A stretch of 64,000 nt of DNA from Octopus bimaculoides (lineage: Eukaryota): the NCBI RefSeq assembly GCF_001194135.2, contig NC_068992.1:64055195-64119194 (forward strand), in the 5' to 3' direction. Under the pieces are notes generated by a model. That model was not told the DNA's origin and ran no database searches. It saw nothing but the letters and a program-made list of their open reading frames with translations. Shown one piece after another: positions 27,477 through 41,521 of this stretch; position 1 is the first letter of the stretch, and every line of letters starts with the position of its first letter. Position numbers and translations under genes: made by a program.

Positions 27477-29059
27477 GACTTCTTTCAATTTCCATCTACT
27501 AAATCCACTCAAAGCTGTGGTCAACCTGGGGCTATAGTAGAAAACACTTGCTAAAGGTTCCACACAGTGGGATTGAACCCAGAATTGAGAGATCAAGAAG
27601 CAAGTTTATTAGCCACACAGTCATGCAGGCACCTATAACTGTTGTATATCAAAATTACTTTATGCAGTGAAGAGACAATGAACAGTTAATTATAGCTTTT
27701 ACAGGTAGATTGCTCAACCTGCATGAAATACCAACTAAATTGCTCAATTTTTTTCCAAACTGCTTTTAAAAGAAATAATCAAACATAGGATAATGCAATT
27801 CTAGATAGATAGTATGTCTAAATAAAAGATGGGATAGTTACAACTGGACTGTTTTTTATCATAGGTAGGCTCAGTCAGGAGGACTTATCTGAGAGCTAAA
27901 CAGCAATTTGACCTGCACAAAGTATCAGCTAAATCACCCTTAAATCACACCATAGCTCTGTCATATTAAACAGGGATGGACAGATTACAATAATGTAGTC
28001 AGAGATAAACTATGTCTGAATAAAATATGGGATGGTCATGGCTGATTTGGAGTTAGCCAGACAAGATGATGAACAACATTTTGGTGCTGCTGTAAGTTAA
28101 GCAATTGTTCTACATTACAAATTGCTATAGGTAATTAAAAAAACAAAAATGAACAACATGAGGATCTAGCTGTAAGTAAAACAACTACAGCAGATGAACA
28201 GTAAGGAAGAACTTATTAGAACTTAAGTAGGTAAAAACCTATTTATCATTACAGTAGATAAAGAGAGATAAGAAACTTTTATGGTAAATGAACAACTGAA
28301 CATAATTTGGGGTAATGAGCAGTACTATAGAGCTTAAAAACAATTCATGAATGGATATAAGGGACTTCTACAAGTAATCTACACCTTTAAGTGAACTTTT
28401 ACAGGTAAACAATTCCAAAAGGTGAACAGGAAGAATGAACAGAGTTTCTAAATGTAAATAACTACAATAGGTGAACAGAGATAAAGCTATAGATAACTAC
28501 AGTTATCTGTAGTTGAAAAGAGAGAATAATCAACACTATATAGCTTCTACAGGTAATAACTACCAGAGATGAACAGAGAGAATAAACAACATTATATAGC
28601 TTTCATAAGATAACTATTGGAGATGAACAGCCAAAATAAACAACATCATTCAACCATTGTCAATAAAGAGCACAGCATAACTTATGTCATTAATAACAGA
28701 AAGTGAACAGAGACAATACATCTTCAAAGAGAAACAACACTAGAATAATAAGAGGGATACAGACTAATAAAAGATGACCCACTAAATGGCAGTCAGTGCT
28801 TAGCCTCAAGACAACCCTTTTTGGAATGACCCATGACAAATATTACCCCAGTCCTAATCACACTGTCTCAGACTGCATTGTCCCATTTGCTGGTTCCTAA
28901 TTTAAGATAATAGGGTGTGACATGAGAGGAGTTTGATTACTATTTCTAGCAGGTAAGTGGTAGCTATGGTAAGAGTTCTGTGATGTGGAAGATGTTTAAG
29001 GATTGGTAGGCAACTGGGGAAGTAAAAGTGAATATATAAATATCTGTGTGCACACACAC

Positions 29060-29098
<39 letters not shown>

Positions 29099-29232
29099 CA
29101 CAACTGTTGGTTAAGATGTTCGCTTTCCAACTGCATGTGTGGCACATTGAACATGTGTCTTCAACTATAGCTCCAAGCTGATCAAAGCTTTATAGTGGAT
29201 TTGATAAACAGAAACTGAAAGATACCCATCAT

Positions 29233-29268
<36 letters not shown>

Positions 29269-29452
29269 TTCTGTGGAAACAGGTGAGGGTTGTCAACAAG
29301 AAGGGCATCCAGCCATCGAAAATATGTCTCAATGAATTCACTTTTCCATGCTTGAGAATCAATGCATAGAAAAGTGAATGTTAAAATGATACTGCTGGTG
29401 CTGATGATACATATGCATGCATTTATGCACATGCTAAGCCAACATGCTTAGT

Positions 29453-29763
29453 GAAGGCGCATGGCTTAGTGGTTAGGGCATTCGGCTCACGATCGTAAGG
29501 TCATGAGTTCGATCCCAGGTGACGCGTTGTGTCCTTGAGCAAGACACTTTATTTCATGTTGCTCCAGTCCACTCAGCTGGCAAAAATGAGTAGTACCTGT
29601 ATTTCAAAGGGCCGACCTTGTCACGCTGAGTCTCCCTGAGAACTACGTTAGGGGTACACGTGTCTGTGGATTGCTCAGTCACTTGCACATTAATTTCATG
29701 AGCAAGCTGTTCCGTTGATCGGATCAGCTGGGACCCTCATCGTCGTAACCGACAGAGTGCTCC
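29453..29763 (+). mobile_element. SINE family C (tRNA-derived; OR-type by recall); second copy ~5007-5320 shares the head but has a different 3' half
   Basis: GAAGGCGCATGGCTTAGTGG (A box), GAGTTCGATCC (B box), TTGTGTCCTTGAGCAAGACACTTT central box. Confidence 0.75.
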
Positions 29764-32700
29764 TAAGCTAACATGCTACCTCAAAGGTAGCACACTGACA
29801 CATAACCGTTGTTCACAAAGACAAGGAATAGACAGGAACACTACTTGTCCATCACCACAATAAAAACTGAACCTAGAATTTGCTTTTGAACTGTATGAAA
29901 TTTTTTTCCTTAACCACATCTTCACACCACATTTTAAACATTTTGCTTGTATTTTTCCAACCTAGTTTCTATTTTTACTTCTTCAGACTCCTGAATTATT
30001 TTGTTCTGAATCAGTCTCATAATTTCTGCTTCTTTTCAAAGCAGCCACTACAGCCGTTTCTCCTTCAGTCTATCTGCTTCACTTTCTTTTCCTCACTCTT
30101 TCATCTCAAGCTTTTTAGGCACCTATTTCTCATTTCCCTCCACCTGAATTGAAACCGAAGCTCTTGCCTGTAACATGTATGCATGAGTATACATACACAT
30201 ACTTTCATGAAAATACAAACATGTAAGAGATACCAAATTCATTGTCATATGATTTATGGAATATGGAATTGACATTAAGATGAAAAGTGGTGCACAGACA
30301 CATGTCGTTCTTTACTGTAGAGAGGAATTGGGGGGGGGGGATATGAAGCCTCATCAAAAGATTGAGACAAATAGAATTTGCTGTAATGTCTGCTAATAAT
30401 TGTGACTAATTGAACTTTAATTTGTATATCTATACATATGTCATCATCATCATTTAATGTGTTTTCCATGCTGGCATGGGTTGAACATGGGGCTGGCCAG
30501 ACTCCAACTGTCTGTTGCGGCATGGTTTCTATGGTTGGATACCCATCCTAATGCCAACCACTATACAGAGTGTGCTAAGTGCATTTTACATGCCACCAGC
30601 ATGGGTGTGTTGATGCAGCACTGGCATCTGTAAAAGACAAGCCTGTATGTATGGATGACAATGATTTTTCTTAGCTTGGCAGGTCTTCTCAAGTACAACA
30701 AATTGCCACAACTCCCGGTCGCTTATTTCTTCAGTGAGGTCATTTCCTTGCATAGTTATATATGTATACTGAGTTTGTGTGCATATTCTTGTGCATACAT
30801 TGCACATCTATCTTGTGGTTGTTTATGTTAGTCTAGTTTGTTGTAGGACGAGTACAGCCTTCAGAGTTTAATGTACTCTATCATTTGTCTCAATGTTCAG
30901 GGGATCTAATAATTTTGTTGAGTTTTTCAAAATATATAGCATCTTTTGGTGGACCAACGAATTAATGTAGGCTGTTCTACTTTGATTGTAGCCTTTTACA
31001 AGTGGTTAATCTGGAATACTAGAGAGAAATGCATCAAGATACATTTTAAAAATCTCAAGGAAAACTTTCAAGTTTCATAAATCTTTTACGAAGTAGTTTT
31101 ATAACTGCAAGCCTTTAAATGCTAAACTGTTACTATATAAGTTTTTAGTATTGGAATTCAAGGAACAGCATGTTGAGATCTGACAATATACCTTTTACTT
31201 TTTCGTTGCCAAAGTTTGGAACAAGATACTCAAGAACATTCCACACACATATGATGGCATATCATTCTTGGTATTTCATAGAGTAAAAATTTAATGCAAA
31301 GTCATTGCCAGTGGTTAAATTTCTTGAGTTTAGTGAAATGCTTCTTATGAAATCTCTCTAGTTAACAGGTAAAACCAGAGCCGTTAAATGACAAAAGATG
31401 AGATTAAACAAAAGGGATTTTCAAAGGGTCAACGTTACTGTATGATCTCTCAAGTGAACGTTCTCAGTACACAATCAGAGCTCTTGACAGGTTGTTGACA
31501 ATATATGTTTAGAGAAACCCAGGTCATGAAAGCGTTCAGTTTTTAATAGTTTCCCTGTTTGGGACAAAACAGATTTTTGTTGGGGAATGGAATCTTGCAG
31601 TTGTTTATGTATGTATGTGCATGTGTAAGTATACATATACATGCAGATACATATATGTGGATATGAAATGTTTTGTACATGCTGGGAATGTATGAAATGT
31701 ACATTTCATATATGTATTTGTGTAATATGCATGCATGTTTACATATGCAAATTAGTGCATGCTACACCCCCTGCACACATATGCTTATATGTGTGTGTGA
31801 ATATATGTACAACATGCATACATGTATAATTTTACATATGCGAGCATGTATATATGTTTTATATATACAAGCATACAAATGAAGGAAATGAGGTCATGGA
31901 TACACACGCACAAAGATATATATATATGTATATAATGTAAAGGCGCGAAGGCATGAAAAGCAACGAATGTGTCCCTCCCTCCTCTCATTTAACAATATGC
32001 AGTACATGTCATGTCACCAGACAACCTAGCAATGCTGAAAAGCAGGGGTTTCCACTTAACCTCCATTCAAAAAACTATACTAATTTGTCAGGCTCCAACC
32101 AACATAAGCAGCACTCAAACCGAAATATTTATTGTGGGTTGGAGGGAGGTGAGAAATAAAAGAAACCAAGCATTATTACTAATTGTATAGCTGTCACAAA
32201 AGAGCAATGGTGCCGAACTAAAATCCTCACAGTAAATTAGTTTTGCACCTACAAATGGTTTCCTGTTGAAATACTTCAGAAACAACCGTATCTCGAAGAT
32301 GACGAAAGCACATCAGGAGTAGGCTGAGATTAATTCAACTGGCTGAATCTTCCCCAAACAACAACCAAACCTATTTTGTGTCAAAGTATTCAGTGTAATC
32401 ATCATCACCGTTATTATAATTATTAATCGTCATTAGTATTTTTTAAATATCGAGATCATTATCAACATTATTAATCATCATTGTTGTTATTTATTGGTTA
32501 GCTTTTGGTTTATTTCTTTCTTTTTTTTCGATGCACACCCAATATTTTTAGTAAAAGGGAAAGAGGTAAATATATAGATAGAGAGAGAGAGAGAGAGAGA
32601 AAGGCAGAAGTTTCGTGAGTGAAAAGCGGGTATATGAATGAGTTCGACGCAAGCTTGGTTAATATCTGAAGTGGAGAAAAAGACTTGAAGAGAAACACCG

Positions 32701-32816
32701 TAAACAGCAACAGAGAGAAAGAGGGGGAAGCTATGGGAAAAAAAGAGAGAGAGAGAGAGTGCCGTTTAGGAGAGAGAACAATGGCACTGGTGAAACGACA
32801 CAAACTCCATACATAC

Positions 32817-32921
32817 CTGCAGAATTCCACTATTGGACGCAATCTGGTTCACATTGGGTAGAGACCCTCCACGGTATGCACCAAGGTTTTGGGTAATGTG
32901 CAAATGTTTTTGAAACGCCCC
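32817..32921 (-). CDS. CRTC: CRTC coding exon 2
   Basis: CAG|GAFQKHLHITQNLGAYRGGSLPNVNQIASNSGILQ|GTATGT, 105 nt, phase 0/0. Contains the CRTC GGSLPNVNQI motif. Confidence 0.95.
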
Positions 32922-33475
32922 CTGTCGTAGTATATACAAGTCATATATAAATATACAAGCCACGGACCTAGGGGTATTATCTTAGTAATATTATGTTAGG
33001 CGGTCTAAGAAGGGAGTTTTAAGTGTTAAAATAATATACCTGTCCACGAATTCTTTTATTACTATGTATGTATGTGTGGTATGTATATATATATAAAATT
33101 TGTATTAGTGTGTATACACAATATATATCTATATGTATACACACATATATATATATACACACATACAAACCATATATATATATATATATAATAATAATAA
33201 TATAAATAATATATATATATATATATAACCTTTATTGTTTTTAAGGGTTCTTTTTTTAAAGAAAATATGAGAATGAAATACAATAAAATGCATCATTCGT
33301 GGACTGCTGTATTGCATGGAGACTATCTTCATGTTGGTGCTAAAACAATCAACCTGTTGAATAGTGAAAGAATATGCTATAATGGTGCCGGGGAGGAAAG
33401 CAGGAGGCCAGAATTTGCTTCACCAAATCGTCGATATCCATATGTACATACCACTCTCTCTCTCTCTCACATACA

Positions 33476-33523
<48 letters not shown>

Positions 33524-34388
33524 AACACACCCACACACAGCATGTCACCATAAAAATATGTTTAATACAAACCCTCAGAAGTACTGTGATATTATTATTA
33601 TATCAAGATAACCAACTTAATTTTAAATTACTACTATATAAACTAAGCAATAACGAGTATTACGAGATAAAAAAAAAAACAAATAAAATTTTATTTTTAC
33701 ATATATATTTTTATTTAATTTATGAATAATTAAAACGTTCAGAATCGACCAAATATAATCAATCTACAAGGATGATAGTGAATAATTGTTGCTGTTGTTG
33801 CTGAGTGCATATATTAGCTGGGGAAGGGGGTGACAGAGAAAGATGGGGGGAGGATGTCTACCTAATCGTGGCTTGGATTTGGTTTATGTATGTATCTAAA
33901 ACCATTTTAAATCTTGTTTGCCACCAAGATGACGGTTTTATACACACACATATATATAGCGCATTAGATAGCACTAGTACTTTGTATAGAGATTATCTTC
34001 CGGGGACGTGATAATAATTTTGGTGGTGATGGAGTCGACGACTTGCTAGACCTGACCTCTTCAATGGGTTAAAGAAATGAAAAAAAAAAAAATCAGGTAT
34101 TTATTTCTCGAGGTTAGCGAGTCGAGTCACGAATTTTGTCATACAGATCTAGTGCTTATTCGAGCGAGAAAACAGTACTTGCATGCCTACCTTCGTAAAA
34201 TTGATATAACTATGAGAGGCGGGGAGGTGAGGGCTTGCAACTGTATCACTCAAGTGATTTATGTATATCTAGCGATCATTTTATAACACAATTATATAGT
34301 GAGAGTGTGTGTATGTGTGTGCAAAGGAGAGAAAGGAAAGCTCCGGAATGGTGCGACTGTTTGTGAGCACGCCAAGTGTAATAATATC

Positions 34389-34421
<33 letters not shown>

Positions 34422-34982
34422 TGGTATGTGTACGTGTGTGTATGGATGTGTGCAAGCATAGAGAGCAGTGTTAAGTGCTAAAGAGGGTGTCTGTGTCTGA
34501 TGCCTAAGTCAGAATATGTGTGCATACAAGTGTGTGAGAGAGAGAGAGAGAGTGTGTGTGTGTCAGTTGAAAGTGGTCGGGAATTGCGAACGAGTCGTCG
34601 TGGCTGCCAGCAAGGCGACAAAATCTGGCTGCACAAAGTTGATGCCACCACTACCACCACCACCACTACTACTATTACTTGTATAATAAGAATGCCTGCA
34701 CACAGTTCTAGATGTTCACCACCATTCAACACTGCAGAGCACACAACACAGATTGTATAAGACAAGCGATCTCCAAAACAGTGAAATGTTGACGATTTTA
34801 AACGTTGACGAGTGAAAACAAAATAGACGATGCGTACACTACAAGACGCACACACAATCTGTGTGTGTGTGTATATATATATATATATGACATACATACG
34901 TTCGAACACATACATAAACACGAGAAAGAAATATAGTAAAGGATTTTCTATATTATGTATTATACAGCTATCTTGTAATCTT

Positions 34983-35019
<37 letters not shown>

Positions 35020-38000
35020 AACATGGATGCATATGCACCGGCGTAGATGTGTGGTTTAAAAATTCGCTTGACAACCACGTGGTTCAATGTTCGAACACAC
35101 TCCTCATCAGCTTGGTTAAGGGCTTTGGACTGAAGTTGGTAAGCGTGCAGAAGTCAATGGTGTGTGTGTGTGTGTGTGTGTGCATTTATGTTTACACCTG
35201 TCTGAAATCTGTGTTGTGTATGTCTCGCACCGGTTCGACAAATAGTGTTCGAAGCAGTAATTACCGAGGTCGATTATGAAAGCATGGCCGTAGTTTAACG
35301 ACTAAAATCAGTGACAGAACCTCTATAATATGTTCCGCAACAAATACATACATTACATACACACGTGTAATATCCGTATTAATTTGCACACAATTCATGT
35401 ATGTGTAGTATATAACGTACGTGTATAGCAGATGCAAATATAATTACCACATATATATAACGTACGTATATTTACCGCACATACAAAAATGTTATATGCA
35501 CATAGAAACATATATTGCATATACAATCATTTAACGGCAACGATGATATAAATTTTTAGATGCTTTGAGTCCACTATGTTTGTGAATTGCGGAGCATATA
35601 TCTCACTTTGTTTATGCTATATGTGTGTGTCTATGTGCAAACATGCATGTAACCTCCTTGTATATACAATATATACATGCATATCACATAAATGTGAAAT
35701 GTATGCATCTATATAAATGTGAAATGTATGCATCTATATATGTACATATAAAAAGTATACATTTATGTCCATATTACACACACTCCAGACGTGATACACC
35801 GATACTCTCTTCTGGTTACCATCGAACTCTTTTGTAGATGTTGCGATGACGGTGTATGTCAACACTAGATGTAAAGATTGGATATGAGATTGTTGGTTGG
35901 AGAGACCAAGTGTAACTATGTGCATGCCTCTTTTACTGTTTCCCTGGTTGTGCAGTGCATTTTCCCTCCATATCTTCAAGCAGTCTCCAGTCAGAGCGCC
36001 AACATGAACAGCAGGTAGTGATGTCTTCTTCAACTCTTAAAAGAGTTAATGTTACTCCTTTTAACACACATATGTATGTTCTTAAAAACATATCTGTAGA
36101 TATAGGTCTAATGCCTATAACACAAGAGTGTGTGTATATGTATGGATATATATATATATATATAACATGCATATACAATATGAATATATACAAAAGGAGC
36201 TATGTATAATAATTATGTATGAAGTGTGCTGATGATAAGGACGTAAAACCATTTATTTCTACAGTGGAAGAAGTTGGATGGGAAAACGCGTAGAAAGTGT
36301 AATTTTAGTTCACTTGTAAAATATAACACTTAGCTTTGTTTTTAACGGAGGAAGAAGGCATCCAACAGCAATTTCCTACCTAAAATCAAGTTCAGCTAAG
36401 CAGCCCAGATGAGACGGAAAGTATTAACCTATCTGTACCAACAGATATTAGTAAAAGAAATACTGCTAGTAATAAACAAATAACTGAACAGCGCACAACC
36501 TATATACACATACAAAAGCAAGACCACATATCTAACGACTAAACAAACGAGCTAAGCCCGTACTTTGGTTTCGATTTACGATTTGTATTGACTATAAGTC
36601 CGTGCGTGGTAAAATACCTCGTTTTATATGGAAAGGCAGGCATTTACATCACAACCCTGTGTGCCTTATTTAATCCTGAAACGTTTAGCTGACAGTCTGC
36701 ATGTTTATGTATAAAATATATGAGGACTCAAGGAAGGTGAGGTGGGGGTAGAAAACCTAACAGCGACGGGAGCAAAAAGGAGGATGGTTTCCTAAAATAG
36801 AGTTATCTCTCCTTAGGTAAACGTTATTACGCATGCATATACAAACACAAACACGTACGTACCTACCAACCCATATATATATATGTGTGTGTGTGTGTGT
36901 GTTTATATATATACATACATATACACATTGAATGTGCAAGAGACAGTGAGTGAGCGAGTACAAGTGTGTGTTTGTGGATGTGTTGGCACACAAACGTTGC
37001 GTTGAGAAGAGCTCTCCAATACATATATCACACGCACGATATATATATGTATATATATATATCTTAGTATAAACTACAGCAAAGCATTTTCGACTACAAT
37101 AACTACAGCATCAACAACAAGTGCTCTAAGTTGGCAGTGATGGTTACTGAGAGCCGAGGTGGTGGTGACTCAAAAGAAGCACATTTAGAGATTTATAATA
37201 GACATTTAGACAGACTGACTAACATGCCAAACGGTTATTCACTCACACACGCCAACAATGTGCATCTCAAAAATTATATATATAAAGTTATATGGCCGCG
37301 TATATATGTTATGTATGAGTGTGTGTATAGAGCTGTTCCTTCCTAGTATTTAATTTCCTCCTCTTCTCTGTGTGTGTGTGTGTGTGTTCAGGAAAGATAG
37401 ATGCGTGTTTATAGCTGTTTTTATACACAATCTTATACATACATAGGCTTCTAGTTCGAGTCCTGCAGGTAGCCTTCGAGCACTTTTTTTCTTTGTTGTT
37501 GCATCTAAGTTTTTTGTTAAAACTTATTATGATATTATTACACGTTATCATTTATAGCTGTGTCCACTTCGAGATTCACTCCTTAAAATGACTAAGTAAC
37601 AGCATCCAACCCTCCCTTGTCAACACCGCTGTGATTGAGTCTATGTGTGTGTGGAGTGTACATATATGTATGTATTGTATGCATGTGTGTGCGTATATTT
37701 ATAGATGTGCATGCATGTGTATATATATATATGTATGCGAGTGTCTGTGGGTGTGTGAGTGTTTGTTGTCAATTTCACGATAAGCGATGTGATGTGATGA
37801 GGAAATTAGGCGAGATGAGAAAAATAAAAACAAACAAACAAAATAATAAAACAACGATGTGAGATGTTGCTGAAGAAGAGATAACGAGATGTATGAGACG
37901 GTTTGTGATGAGATGATATGAACTGAGTGGAAAAGAAGACGAGAAAAAGATGAAATGACATGAGAGGAAAGTAAGATGAGATGAAGTCTGCAAAACAGAG

Positions 38001-38245
38001 GAAAATATAAATCAACACCAACTAATAGTAAAATTTGTTTGCTCGCTGATTTGTTGATTCTTTTTCATTTTTTATTCTTTTAATGTTTGCTTCGTTTTTC
38101 TCATTACGACAAATACACAGAACATCGCACATTTGTGTGCGTGTATGTATGTGTGTGTGTGTGTGTATATATATATACACGTACATATACACAAAATTAC
38201 AGTCAGTGGAAAGGGGAAAAAATTGATTGAAACGTCATGACTTAC

Positions 38246-38356
38246 CCTAGTAGCTCCCGAAACTTCACGCATAATAGCTTCGAAAGCAGCTGTCTCCTCT
38301 GCCTGCTTTTGATTATGTAAAGCTATCTTCTCACTGAACTTCCGTGGATTCGCCAT
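38246..38356 (-). CDS. CRTC: CRTC (CREB-regulated transcription coactivator) coding exon 1, TORC_N CREB-binding helix
   Basis: Translates as [37 protein letters not shown], matching the conserved CRTC N-terminus ([24 protein letters not shown]). 111 nt, ends at a strong phase-0 donor AGG|GTAAGT. Confidence 0.97.
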
Positions 38357-38414
38357 GATGGCTGCAGACTTGTTATGATTCCAGCAATGCAGGCGATCTG
38401 ACCTGGCTAGCCTC

Positions 38415-38423
38415 AGCCAATCA
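38415..38423 (+). promoter_or_regulatory. CCAAT box (NF-Y consensus AGCCAATCA) ~60 nt upstream of the CRTC ATG
   Basis: Exact AGCCAATCA in a CpG-retaining region. Function is inferred from position only. Confidence 0.4.
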
Positions 38424-39859
38424 TAAGCCTGCGTTTTGGTCATGTGTGTGTTCTCTGTGTACATGCATATGTGTGTGTCTGTTTGTATGCGCATGTGTGT
38501 TTTGTTGTCTGTGTGTGTGTGTGTATCTTTATCTATATGTGAATCTATGTGTTTTGTGTGTATGTATGTGTTGGTGTGTGTTTATCAGTAGTTCTATTTT
38601 GTACGTATGAATATGTCTGTGTGTGTTTGTGTAATTATTGCCTTATGTGTATGTATCTGTATGTGTATTTGTATTTTGTGTATACATGTATGTGTTTGTG
38701 TATATGTATAGATGTTGTGTGCAACAAAATAACAATAAGAAAAGAAACAAAACAACTTTTTAAAGAAATGTACAACAATCAAAACAAATAAAAATGAAAC
38801 AAAACAAACAAAAAGAAAGCAGTACAATCGTTTCAAACGATTTACGATTCTATCTATGGAATTCTGTATAGCCAACAATTTTACTCATCAAACTTTGTTG
38901 TTTATTGAAACTAATACTTTTATTGCTATTAATTATAATAATGATAGTAGGCTACGGGTGGTGGACTAGTAGAATCAGTAGAGTATCGGACAAAATATAT
39001 AACGCTATTTCATTACGGCTTTTTACGTTCTAAGTTCAAATCTCCGAGCTCGACTTCGCTTTTCATTCTTCCGGGGTTGATAAAACAAGTACCAGTTGCA
39101 TACTGAGATTGAATTATACCTCCCTTGCACACACATACTCACATTTAAGACCGTGTGCCTGTGTAAGAGATCGATATTATTAGGTTATGGGTATGGGTTC
39201 GGGGTTTGGCTGATGGATTTGTAGAACGGAATCGGTAAAGTGGTAGAAAACATGAAATGTCTTTTGCGGTCTTCAGTTATTTCCCTTTATATTCTAAGCT
39301 CGAATCACGCCGAGGGTTGACTGCGCCCTTTTTGTCATTCAGTAGGCGCTAAAATAAAGTACCATTTAAGTACCAGTGCCGATTTAACCGACTAGTCCCC
39401 CTCTCACTGTCTGGCCACGTGTAACAAATTATTTTTGTTTTAGGTCTAAAAGCAATGGTTTAGTAGAATTGGAAGAACAGAAAACACACACACACACACA
39501 GACATACACACAGACACACACGCGCGCGCGCACACACACACACATACATACACGCACAAGAAAAAAGTACAACAGTTTCATATGATTGACGGTCCTAACT
39601 ATGGAATTCTATACGATCTACAATTTTGCTCCACAAACTTATTTCCTTGTTTATCATCCTTGCGTCCATCAACAGTTGAAAAATGAATTAAAATTAATAA
39701 AAACAAAAACTAAATTAAATTTAGTAGAAATCTTGTTCTGTTATATTATGAATTCAGATCTCACTGAGATTGACTTCACAGCTGGATTTGACTTCATCTT
39801 TTATCCTTTTGAGGGTGGTGTGTCAATAAGTTGGGGCCCAATCAAATGCTGGACTGGAT

Positions 39860-40250
39860 CATCATTATCATCATCATCTTCATTATCATCATTTAACGTC
39901 CGTTTTCCATGCTGGCATGGGTCAGACAGTTTGACAGGAGCTGACCTGCTGAAGAGCTGTTCAGGCTCCATGTCTGTTTTGGCATGATTTCTACGACTGG
40001 TTGCCCTTCTTAATGCTAACCCCTTTGCAGAGTGTATTGGGTGCTTTTTATGTGGCACCAGCACCTACAAGCCTGCAAGATCAGGGATGTTCAGCTGGAA
40101 GGGGTTGCAAGAGACAAGCCTGTATGCAAAGGCAACCACAATTTTACTTAGCTTCACATATCTTTTCAAACACAGCAAACCACCAGGAGTCTCAGTCACT
40201 TGTCCCTTCTGTGAGTCCCAACGTTTGTAGATCGTTTCTCACCACTGTGG
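39860..40250 (-). mobile_element. Older RTE-tail element; further copies at ~520-830, 1555-1680, 4740-4930, 8420-8560, 13430-13730, 14080-14240, 27230-27430, 29270-29400, 30445-30760, 43380-43600, 45240-45510, 52560-52700, 57480-57740
   Basis: Shared motifs AAGGGCATCCAGC and CCAACCCATGC(C/T)AGCATGGAAAA-GGACGTTAAATGATGATG in either orientation. Confidence 0.7.
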
Positions 40251-40562
40251 TTTGAAGGAACATAAATGAAGTAGTTCTTACCTCAACTTGCAGTCAGGTA
40301 CCGCCAGCAGATGGTTCAATTCTTAACACGTTTTGCCATGACCTCTCTTTGCCACATCTCACCTCTGTCACAGATAGCATGAACAAGAGGGAAACTTTTC
40401 TTCTCACTCGCTGATGTGACATCACCTCTTCTCTCTTCCAATCTTCCTTCCGTCACATGCCTCCCCCACTCCCGATCTAAAAAACACTGCTCCTCTTTTC
40501 TGTCTCATAATCGTCCATCCACCTGGCAGTGAAGACATGTTCCCTTAGAGATCTCTATAGAA

Positions 40563-40918
40563 TCACAGGGCTGCTTTCCCTCTCCCCTTCATCATCAGAA
40601 GAACAATCACCCTTCGAATATCCAGGACATGATGCAACATTCCATCCACTGATACACTATTCAAAGTACTGATAGCAGTTACCTTTCCTTTTCCCCATTG
40701 CATTGTGTACTGAGCGTTTGGGGGCTTCACCCACACTTCGTCTCCAACCTGCACAGATGTAATCCCTTCCACCTCTATCTGCTGTGGCACCATGCTCAGG
40801 TGTCTTCATTTGTACTGGAATACGGCCCTGCGTGGGACTGACTCTTTTGCTTGCCCTACCCAGGGCAACATGTTATACCAGAAGACTGTCTCTATAGGGC
40901 AGATTTGTCCCCTTTCAG
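40563..40918 (-). mobile_element. Gypsy-type LTR retrotransposon integrase C-terminal fragment
   Basis: ETVFWYNMLP...ESVPRRAVFQYK*RH...VQVGDEVWVKPP...WGKGKVT...VSVDGMLHHVLDIR, i.e. end of the integrase core plus the SH3-like tail. Confidence 0.75.
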
Positions 40919-41354
40919 TGAAAGTGTTTTGGGAGGAGGGTGTTGACAATTTTCGGAAATTCCACTTAAATTCCTCTTAACTTTCAGGAAAATGAATATT
41001 TTTTCGTGAAATTTTCTACAAATATACCTTGATGTATGTACATTTCGAGCATGTAGGAATTTTGAAGGAAACAACTGCAGGTTATTTTTGAGAAGTGTTC
41101 CCCACTCGGTGGTGTTTCGGAGCAAGTCGTCCATATTTGTTTAATTTTTCTCTATTATGTGCATAAGTGCATCCATAGATTTCTAATGAAGTAATAGGCA
41201 GTGAAGAGAAGCCGTCATAAGAAAACTTTTAACTACCTCTAGCCCTTTCTCCCCCTCTCCCCACCTCTTGCTCTCTCAAACGCATACACATGCAAGTACA
41301 CAATCATTCAGTAAAATATAACTCGTCGATATTTTGTAAATATACCACGATTTT

Positions 41355-41521
41355 CACTAGGGTGTTAGGGTTAGGGTTTTAGGGTCAGGGTTAGGGTTTA
41401 GGGTTACGGTTAGGGTTAGGATTAGTGTTACGGTTTTGGGGTCAGGGTTAGGGTTTTAGGGTTAGGGTTTAGGGTTAATGTTAGGGTTAGTGTTAGGATT
41501 AGGTTTAGGATTAGGGTTGGG
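41355..41521 (+). repeat. Degenerate interstitial (TTAGGG)n tract
   Basis: About 165 bp of TTAGGG with variants TCAGGG, TTACGG, TTAGGA and TTAGTG. Confidence 0.85.

Noticed and set aside
28100-28750. CRISPR-like array
   Set aside because: Eukaryotic context; units are degenerate, with no identical repeats or unique spacers. No CRISPR anywhere in the window.
33349-33435. MDIDDLVKQILASCFPPRHH... as an alternative CRTC first exon
   Set aside because: Its CAG|GTTGAT donor is phase 1 and incompatible with phase-0 exon 2.
35734-36193. GC-richer ORFs in intron 1
   Set aside because: No recognisable homology or convincing splice pair.
36229-36250. CTGATGA as a hammerhead core (also 35103-35110 minus, 40590 minus, 49379, 49429)
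   Set aside because: No helix II + GAAA + helix I partner.
41355-41521. True chromosome end
   Set aside because: Short, degenerate and internal.
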